Positions 37,101 to 48,400 of a stretch of 64,000 nucleotides of DNA are shown here, one piece after another. Position numbers and translations under genes: made by a program. The notes under the pieces were generated by a model. The model saw nothing but the letters and a program-made list of their open reading frames with translations, did not search any database and was not told the origin of the DNA. The DNA lies in the NCBI RefSeq assembly GCF_006345805.1, contig NC_043000.1:10354001-10418000 (forward strand). The letters are read 5' to 3'. Source of the DNA: Octopus sinensis. Its lineage: Eukaryota. Position 1 is the first letter of the stretch; every line of letters starts with the position of its first letter.

Positions 37101-40100
37101 GCAAAATTAATTCTGTTGGGACACAAAGAAGTGTAGCTCGCTGCTCTATCAATTCTACCAAAATCCATTTGAGAGAATAGTGACTGGACACTAACAAAAA
37201 TATGATGAGAAGGTGGAATGCCAGAATAGTAGATAGTTGTTTGAGAATATACCACAATTGCCCAAACACTAGCGAAGTGGCTGTCACCAAAGAGCGATAC
37301 TAGTTCGTGGTAAAATAGTCAAGACCTGCCTTCTTATCATCTTTAACTCTTTAGTGTTTAAACCGGCCATATCCGGCCTAAATATTCTACATGTTTTATA
37401 TTCAAACTGGCCATATCTAGCCTCTCACACCTAACCTACAGTGACATTCTAAAAATAAACAATCACATCATTGAAACCTCAAAGCTATAACATAATGCAT
37501 GACTAATTCAAAACAATTTGAGTGAAAAAGTATTACATTTAATACAGAAATTTGAACACCAAAGGGTTAATCCACTTCCCTCACTTATTTCCAATCAAGG
37601 TGATATTTACCCATCATCAGACATTTCCCACAGAAGACTGGAAACAAACAACATCACTTGTATGACAGTGATGCTCATTTACAACCATCATGTGATGTTA
37701 AAACATGAGTACACACATACATATGTATGTGTATGTATGTATATATATATCATCAGCATTTAACCATTGCTTTCCATGCTAGTATGGATTGGATGATTTG
37801 ACTGAAGACTGGTGAACCAGATGGCCACTACAAGGCAATACATGTATTAAGTTGAATACATGGCACACACTCCTACTATGAATTGTGTATTGAAAGCAGG
37901 AAATAGCAATTAAACTATAAAATAGTCTTTTCCTAAATAAAACTTCAGTGTTTGTATATAATGTATGGTGTTAAATTTAGAAAAAATACAGGGCAAAACT
38001 TTGAAGAAAACAACTGAGCAAATTAGGTATGTATACAAAGATACATGTGGAAGCGCGTGGCTTAGTGGTTAGGGTGTCAGCACCATGATCGTAAGATTGT
38101 GGTTTTGATTCCTGGACTGGGCGACGTGTTGTGTTCTTGAGTAAAACTCTTCATTTCACATTGCTCCAGTCCACTCAGCTGGCAAAAATGAGTAACGCTG
38201 CGATGGACTGGCGTCCCATCCAGCTGGGGAGTACATACACCATAGAAACCGGGAAACCGGGCCCATGAGCCTGGCTAGGCTTTAAAAGGGCGCATTTACT
38301 TATTTTATGCAAAGATACATATAAGACTAATCATAAAAATTTTACCTTCTGCCAATGCCATCTCTTCTTCTGTTGGCCAAGTCTGTTCTCCTTCCATTGG
38401 ATCAGGAACCACTTCACTTTCAAGACTTGCCTGTTTGCTCTCCTCCGCTTTGTCCAAAATTCGAGCATCAGCTTCTATACTACTCTCCATTGGTTCTAAT
38501 CCCTAAAAATGGGAAATGCTAATAATGAATATAACCAACAAATAAACAGAACCACCAACACAATTTTAATATAAACTGGAAACTTGCTTAAAATTTATTC
38601 CCTGCTCCTGTTTTCCCAATCAAAACACCAAGTTTCAACACCAGAAATCTCTCCAATACCAGAATATGTATGATTTTTAGACCATTATTAGATCAGTGTT
38701 TTATAGTAGTTCAGAGAGCATATAGAACAGAGAGTAACACAAGCAGAATGGCATCAAACACTAGGCATGTGTTTAATAACTTGAATATGTAAATATCCAA
38801 ATGTTAAAACAGTTTATCGTGCTGTGTATGTTTGGTGTTATTTCTATATAATTGTTGGCCATCAGGACACTTATCCTTGAAGATTTCCATTCTTTCTGAA
38901 ATTTAACAACACTACTCCTGTCATACCTAAGGCATGCTTTTACTGCTTTACTGTTCATTTCCCTGACTTTCCGCACTTTATTCTATGTAATATGCATGTA
39001 TTTTTTACTGTCTTCACTTACTGCTGCTTTCTGTCTACTCTTTTACCCCTTTCCTATGAGCTATACGATAAACGTCGCCCTTTTCAAGCTTAGCCAGGCT
39101 CATGGCCCAGTTTCTGTGGCGTATGTGTTCCCCCCAGCTGAACAGGACACCAGTCCATCGCAGTGTTACTCAAGAAACAGGAAGAAAGAGTGGGAGAAAG
39201 TTGTGGCGAAAGAGTACAACAGAGGTCGCCACCACCCCCTGCCGGAGCCTCGTGGAGGTTTTTAGGTGTTTTCACTCAATAAACACACACAACGCCCAGT
39301 CTGGAAATTGAAACTGCGAGTCCGCTGCCCTAACCAATGGGCCATTGCACCTCCACCCTATGAGTTATAATGTACCTTTATTCCATGTAATATGCATGTA
39401 TTTTTTACTGTCTTCACTTACTGCTGCTCTCTGTCTGCTCTTTTACCCCTTTCCTATGAGTTATAATGCACCTAAGCAATGTATACAATAAGTTTCTTAT
39501 TATCATAATCAGTTAGAAAAAAGGAATTTAAGAAATATAAACTTAACAAAAGTTTATAGATCTGCAAGCTTCAGAAAATAACAACATACATACACAGAAG
39601 GATAAACATCTTTTTCAATGTTTGGAAATAAATAGTTGTTTTCGTCATCATCATCATCGTTTAACGTCTGCTTTCCATGCTAGGATGGGTTGGACGATTT
39701 GACTGAGGACTGGCAAACCAGCTGGCTGCACCAGGCTTTAATCTGATCTGGCAGAGTTTCTACAGCTGGATGCCTTTCCTAATGCCAGCCACTCTGAGAG
39801 TGTATTGGGTGCTTTTACATGCCACCGGCACGAGGGCCAGTCAGTAAGTACTGACAACAGCCATGCTTAAATGGTGTTTTTTACATGCCACCTGCAGAGG
39901 CAACAACCTCACTTGAATGCTTTTTCACATGCCACCGGCATAAGTGCCAGTAAGGCGACGCTGGTAACGATCACGCTCAAATGGCGCTTTTTACATGCCA
40001 CCTGCATGGAAGCCAGTTTGCTGCTCTGGCAGCGATCACACTCGGATGGTGCTCTTAGCCCTCCACTAGCACGGATGCCAGTCATGGTGATCTTATTAAA

Positions 40101-41423
40101 CACATGTAATAACAAAGAACAAACTAAAGACTTCACACAAAACAACATAACTATAACGCAAAAGTGAATCTTAATACTATATGTCAAAGAAGTCAGGATG
40201 TCAGTGTGATAATAACCAATGAACAAGAAAACTATGCAAACCTGTTTGTTGGTCTTGATAACTTTAGGATAGAGAGGATAGGGATCATTTGGAGAATCAA
40301 TCTGCAGCATTTGGAAGTCACCCCAGCCGGGGAGATGCACTAAATGGTTCACATTAAGAGAGCGGCCTCTTAAAAATCCAGTCAGTTTCAATGTCCCAGC
40401 ATCTTCCTAAAGATAAAAATATAATTAAAACATAATTACAGTTAATGCAATAGGATCAAAAAACAGATCTTTTCAGTTTGACCGGCAGTTTTTTAAAATA
40501 ATTTCCACTTAGCTAAACACTTTTAAACTTCGTATACTGGTAGAATGTGTTTATAAAACATCTTCTTCTCTTGGCTTTATTGAGAAAATTCTATAGTTTG
40601 TAAGATATTTGTTGGTTTTTTTTCTTCAATTTCTGCAATTTCAACCAATCAATGATGTCTATTGAGGTGAAAACATTCTGTGCCGTATGAATATGTCCCT
40701 CGTTTAAGAAACAGATTGGGTTTATTTACATTTCTGAAGAAAAAAAAGATACCCTTCCACCCACCCCTAACCCTACTCCTAACTAACCCTAAAACAGATT
40801 GAAATGCAATAGATCGATACTAGGGTCATACTTATGGGTGACAATTTCATATGACACTGCTAGAAAAAACTGCCGGTCAAACCGAAAAGATTCAAACATA
40901 CTTTACTAATCTACACGAATATTGCTTGCAAATTTTGGCACAAGGCCAGCAATTTCAGGGGTGGGGTAAGTTGATTTCTTCGACCCCAATATTCAACTGG
41001 TATTTATTGTCCCTGAAAGGGATGGAAAATAAAGTCAACCTCAGCAGAATTTGAACTAAGAATGTAAAACCAGACGAAATGCTGCTAAGCATTTTGTCCA
41101 ATGTACTAATGATTCTTATTTCTTTACTACCCAGAAGGGGCTAAACACAGAGAGGACAACCAAGGACAGACAAACGGATTAAGTCGATTATATTGACCCC
41201 AGTGCATAACTGGTACTTAATTTAATCGACCCCGAAAGGATGAAAGGTAAAGTCGACCTCGGTGGAATTTGAACTCAGAACATATATATACATATATATA
41301 CATATATATATACATGTATACATATATATATATATATACATATATATACATATATATATATAACATATATATACATATATATATATATACATATACATAC
41401 ATATACATATATATACATATACA

Positions 41424-41457
<34 letters not shown>

Positions 41458-41779
41458 CATATACATACATATACATATATATATACATATACATATATAC
41501 ATACATATACATATACATATATGTATGTATACATACATGTATATATACATACATATATATATACATATATATACATATATATATATGCATACATATATAT
41601 ACATATACATACATATATATATACATACATACATATATATATACATATATATACATATATATGTATGCATACATATATATACATATACATACATATATGC
41701 ATACATATATGTAGATATATACATGTATATATACATACATATAGATATATACATGTATGTGTGCATACATATATATAAG

Positions 41780-41817
<38 letters not shown>

Positions 41818-42090
41818 TATATACATATATATATCCATGCATATATATAGACATATGCACATACATATCCATGCATATATATAGACATATACACACATAT
41901 ATACATACATATAGATATATACATATATATATATATATACATACATATAGATTTATACATATATATATATATACACATATATATACATACATATATATAT
42001 ATACACACATATATATATACATACATATATACACACACACACACATATATATGTATATATACACATATATATATATATATATATGTATAC

Positions 42091-42121
<31 letters not shown>

Positions 42122-45100
42122 TATATATATATATACATACATACACATATATATATACATACATACACATATATATACATACATACAAATATATATATAT
42201 AGATACATATATATATATACATACATATATATATAGATAGATAGATACATATATATATACATACATATATATATATATATAGATAGATAGATACATACAT
42301 ATATGTATTACAGTGCAGGTGGCACGTAAAAAGCACCCACTACACTCGCGGAGTGGTTGGCGTTAGGAAGGGCATCCAGCTGTAGAAACATTGCCAGATA
42401 AGACCGGAGCCTGGTGCAGCCTTCTGGCTTCTCAGATTCCCGGTCGAACCGTCCAACCCATGCTAGCATGGAGAACGGACGTTAAACGATGAAAAAAAAA
42501 GAAAAAAAAAAAACGTAGCGGCAGATGAAATACAGCAGAGCATTTCACCCGACATGCTAACATTTCTGCCAGCTCGCCACCTTCTCTATTACAAGCATAG
42601 TCTCTTCTGTTTAAAACAACTTCACCATAACAAGAGTTTCACCAACAAAACTGTTTGACTTTACTGTAAGTCTCAGAGTAACAACAGCCACACAATAAAA
42701 ATATACTATCTGTTACAAGACTTACATTTATCCACTACAAGAGTTAAAATTCCTCTCATATAAAAATTAGAACATTCATAAGCAAACAGCAAGCCAAATA
42801 TTTAATCAAATATTCCTACATATGGGTACAGATGCACATAATAATGTGTGTGTGTGTATACATTTCTCAATACTTTTCATACAGATATAAAGAATACATG
42901 ATGTGCTTCATGAAGCATTATTCCAAAAAACAAAAGAAGCAAATATTTCACATTCTCTTGAAAGTTTATAAAATTCTTACTATTTTATATCATCATCATC
43001 ATTTAACGTCTGTTGTCCATGTTGGCATGGGTTGGATGGTTTGACCAGAGCTGGCAAGCTGGAGAGCTGCACCAGACTCCAGTCTGATTTGGCATGGTGT
43101 TCTGTGGCTGGATGCCCTTCCTAACGCCAACCACTCCGAGAGTGTGATGGGTGCTTTTACGTACCACCAGCATGGGTGCCATTTGCATGACACCGGAGTG
43201 TGTTTACATGCCACCAGTGCAGATGCTAATTTGTGTGACACTGGTATATAATATACACACACACATCATCATCATCATCGTTTAAAGTCTGCTTTCCATG
43301 CTAGCCATGGGTTGGACGATTTGACTGAGGACTGGCGAACCAGATGGCTGCACCAGACTCCGATTTGATCTGGCAGAGTTTCTACAGCTGAATGCCCTTC
43401 CTAATGCCAACCACTCCAAGAGTGTAGTGAGTGCTTTTACATGCCACCAGCACGAGGCAGGTGGCACATAAAACACACACATATGATATAATATATATTT
43501 ATAATAACAATGGTGTATATAGTAAAATGTATATAAGGATACTCACCAATTCAGAGTTTAATTCATATACAACACTTTCAGCTAAGAGATGCGGACGGTT
43601 TTCTCTGTATTTTATAGACCGTAGTTTGTGGTTGGCTATTTGTCGCAGAACAACTAAGCCATCCTGGTTGTTATCTAAGGAATGGAACTTAGCATCAGGA
43701 AGCCTGGAAGACAAATTCTCGATTAATAACCACTTTTCTCCATCCAAACTTCAGTATTTTACACAATATATATATATGCACATGCTAATATCAAACAGTG
43801 AGAATGAGTGCTCAACACTGCATTGGGGGATAAAGATTCTTTGTATGTGGGTTAACAAGGATGCCATTGGTTTCATGTCAAGAATTCATTGCAATTATCA
43901 AGCTTGTTACACACACATACAAACACACACACACACATATATATATATATAAATTAGAGAAAAACCACTATTATGTAATTGAAACAATCATAGATGTAAA
44001 TCATATCATATAGAAAAAATGAAATATATGATAAAACATTTGTAGTCTATTTACTAATTATATACAGCATATTTATTATTACGTAATTTATTTTGATCTA
44101 GGTAAATGTTTTATCATATATTTTATTTTTTCTATATGGTATGATTTACGCCTATCATTGTTTGAATTACATAATAGTGGTTTTTCTCTAATTTATAATA
44201 TATATATATATATATATATACAAAGAGCAATAAAGATTCAAGTTAATTTAAAAAATTTACTTGAATATGGTACCTAACTTAGATGCACCAAAAAAAACTA
44301 TACTGATTTAACAATACAGTAATGTGGGGTGATTATAAGCGAGAAAGAAGCAAAAGAATGGATAGGTTTTTAGTACGATCGTTTCATACAAGGACAGGTT
44401 TTATTAAAAGTTGCAAAGATTACAGCATATAACGAGTCCCGTACTCATCAGCTAAAATACAGTAAGTTCTCTAGACATCCTAGTGTTTGAGGCTATACTC
44501 ATGAAGTAATGTAGATAATTAAACAGATTTCTAAAGTTCATTAAGTTCTTTAAAGATGATGTACAGTCTTATCACAGAATTTTAAAAAAGTTTTGATAGC
44601 ATCACAGAGAAGGTGACCTAATCCATATGAATTTCCATAGATATGATGAGGGATTATATACTCACAGAAGACAAATTTATCCATTGTTAATTACAACGAG
44701 GTGGGTCTCAATTCCTGCTTATTAGCATTACAGAGAGGGTGAATTAATCCTTTGTATATATGCACAGATTCCAATGGTGTAGATGTAAATTTCCAGGGAA
44801 TGGAGATGAATTTCATATTTACAGGCGATAAATTTTACAATGGTTGAACACAATGAGGTAGGTATCAATCCTTGTTATATGATTAGGTGTTTGCCACATT
44901 AGTCACATTACTGCTATTCACAAGAGGCTGTAGCTATTTAACTCTTAAAGGCTGAAGGGCTTACTAGATCGGCCAAGAATAGAGAAGGGAATCTGTGCAT
45001 ATATACAAGGATTAATTCACCCTCTCTGTAATGCTAATAAGCAGGAATTGAGACCCACCTCGTTGTAATTAACAATGGATAATTTGTCTTCTGTGAGTAT

Positions 45101-45416
45101 ATAATCCCTCATCATATCTATGGAAATTCATATGGATTAGGTCACCTTCTCTGTGATGCTATCAAACTTTTTTAAAATTCTGTGATAAGACTGTACATCA
45201 TCTTTAAAGAACTTTAATGAACTTTAGAAATCTGTTTAATTATCTACATTACTTCATGAGTATAGCCTCAAACACTAGGATGTCTAGAGACTTACATGTA
45301 TTTTAGCTGATGAGTACGGGACTCGTTTATACTGTAATCTTTGCAACTTTTAATAAAACCTGTCCTTGTATGAAGATCGTACTAAAAACCTATCCATTCT
45401 TGTTGCTTCTTTCTCG

Positions 45417-45457
<41 letters not shown>

Positions 45458-48400
45458 GCCTGCTCGTTTAGCCAGCGGGGTGGCGTTATTTGAGGGCTAA
45501 AACAATGCGGAGTGCATTGTGACCAGCGATGTGTAGCAACATCTGATAGCCTGGTCGGTCAGTGATATATATATACATGAAGCAAGGTAGGAAGGGGTTA
45601 GACAATATGGCATTTACCACGAAACTTCCGGTGCTTCTATGTAATACACATTACATAATATGCATGACTATCATTGTTATCACCAATGTCTATGACATGA
45701 TCTGTGATTGGTCACCTCAAATTGTGGAAAGAATTACAAGTTATGGAATAAAAAATATACCATACTAGCAGTATCGCCCGGCGTTGCTCAGGTTTGTAAG
45801 GGAAATAACTATAAAGCATTTTTAGAGAGTTATAGCCAAAAAATAGCAAAAAAATGGAAAAAAAAAATGATGTGAATTTTTTGAGAGTTAAAAAAGGTGG
45901 AGTTGCGTCCCCTAGACGGTCTGTGGTTTGGGTTTTGGATTCTCGACCCCATGTCGAATTTATCGATTTTTTTCAGAACTGGGGGAACTTTTCAAAATTT
46001 TCGCTGCGTTAGTTTTGAATTATGACATTGGGCTATGTGTGTGTCAAGTTTCATCAGAATCGGTTGAAAGCCGTGGTCAGGGTGAGGGTACGAGAAAACA
46101 GACACACAGAAAACGCACAGACAAACTGCCGTTTATATAGAGAGAGATAACTCCACTCTTCACTTATTTTATTCATATCATCCTGTGAAGATTGTAAACA
46201 AGCACTGGAGTTGTTAATTTGCAGTCTTCCATGAAAAAGATTGCCTGGTCATGGAGGAATATTACTTTGCTCGGAGGCAACAGGAAAGGCATCCGACCAC
46301 AGGAAACCTACGTCACCAAATTTCGTCTACCCCATGAAAACAGAAAAGTGAATGTTAAACGATGATGACGATGTTACAAGAGTGATGTTTGAGAGACATT
46401 ACAGAAATGATGGTGCTTTTACATTGAGTAAGATAGGAAAACAACAGAAAGAAGCAAACAACTAATAGTTTATCATATTTTTTTTTATAATAATAATCAT
46501 CATCATCATCATTTAACATCTTCCTTCCATACTGAGTTGGACAGTTTGAGAAGCCTGGTAGGCTACTGTGTCTGTTTTGGCAGGGGTTTAACAGCTGGAT
46601 GCCCTTCCAAATGCTAACCACTTTACAGTGTAGACTGGATGCTTAAGAGCTGGCAGAAACGTTAGCACGCCGGGCGAAATGCTTAGCGGTATTTCGTCTG
46701 CGTTACGTTGTGAGTTCAAATTCCGCCGAGGTCGACTTTGCCTTTCATCCTTTCGGGGTCGATAAATTAAGTACCAGTTACGCACTGGGGTCGATGTAAT
46801 CGACTTAATACCTATGTCTGTCCTTGTTTGTCCCCTCTGTGTTTAGCCCCTTGTGGGTAATAAAGAAATAGGTATCTGCATTGGCAGGGTCACCAAGTAA
46901 CTTTGTAAGACAAGGAATCAAATCCGCAAGAGGATTTGAACTCAGCTCTACAAGTTAATTAAAGCCAGCAACAACAGGGAAACAGAGTTACTTAGTGCAG
47001 CAAACTATATCTCCACATGATACCTATTTTTTAATAGTTGAACAAAACCACTCATAATGGTCATAGATACAAACAAATATACTGGTGACAAGACATGAAC
47101 TTTTAGTAACTAAGCTAGCACCCTATCAACTAAGATACTTATATCCCTTTGAGATAGGGAATAACCAAAGGGAGAAATTGTTTTGTATTCCCAGTTCAAT
47201 AATGTGGAGTTTTAAGGGTAAAAAAAGAGGCTATTTCAGTTGTGTATAAGACAAGATACAGTAAGTACTGTGTTTACCCTTCTATAAGTCAAATTAATTT
47301 ATACTTGATTTTAGCTGGAAAAAACCAAGGTGCAACTTATCAACAGAACAAATCTAAAACTGTGAAGGGGGGAAAAAATTTTGTACCAAGACTAGGAATT
47401 TACCTTATACTCAGGTAAATGAAGTGGTTACATCTAACAGATCTACAAAACTGGCTAGTCACTGCTAAATTATGACCACCTTACTCTAAGTTTCAACAAT
47501 TACCAGCAAAATATTTAAACGTACCTTTTCATAAGGTATTCATTTTGGTAAAAGCTACATTTGAGTAATATGATATTCAGATAAGTTAAACGAAATTCTT
47601 ACCATTTATCAATGCATTTTTGAATAAATTTCCTTGTATCACTTTGCTTCTTCTGAGGAATACTGCGGAAGTCCTAATGTGATAAAATAAAAAAAATACT
47701 AAGAATTACTTAGAATAGATTCTGTTTCCAGTTTGAAAGCAAAATACCACAGAAATTTAATTTGCACAATGAATCATATGTATAGTCCTTAAACATTATT
47801 TAGTAGATTAAGGTAATAACTTTACATTATGTCACAGTTCTAGTGTATATCATGTTTAGATCTCTGATCATTATGGTGTATTCCTGGTTGTGTGCGTGTT
47901 TGTATGGAGGCAATCATAGTTTCAATTCCTGGACAGGGCAGTGCATTGTGTTGTTGAGTAAAGCACTTTATTCCAAGTTAGTCTGCAATCACTTTAGCGC
48001 CTGATATATGGCACATCATACACCTGCACAGATGTCAATTTGATGGAGGTGGTGAGCTACAGAACAGCACAAACATCTGATCACTTATAAACAAATAACC
48101 TGTGCAGGTTGTTCAGCAAGAAGTTGTAGAAGGCAGCGAGCTGGCAGAAACGTTAGCACGCTGAGTGAAATGCTTAGCAGTATTTCGTCTGCCATTACGT
48201 TCTGAGTTCAAATTCCACCAAGGTCAACTTTGCTTTTCATCCTTTCAGGGTTGATTAAATAAGTACCAGTTACGCACTGGGGTCGATATAATCAACTTAA
48301 TCCCTTTGTCTGTCCTTGTTTGTCCTCTCTGTGATTAGCCCTTTGTGGGTAGTAAAGAAATAAGTATTTCGTCTGCCATTACGTTCAGAGTTCAAATTCC

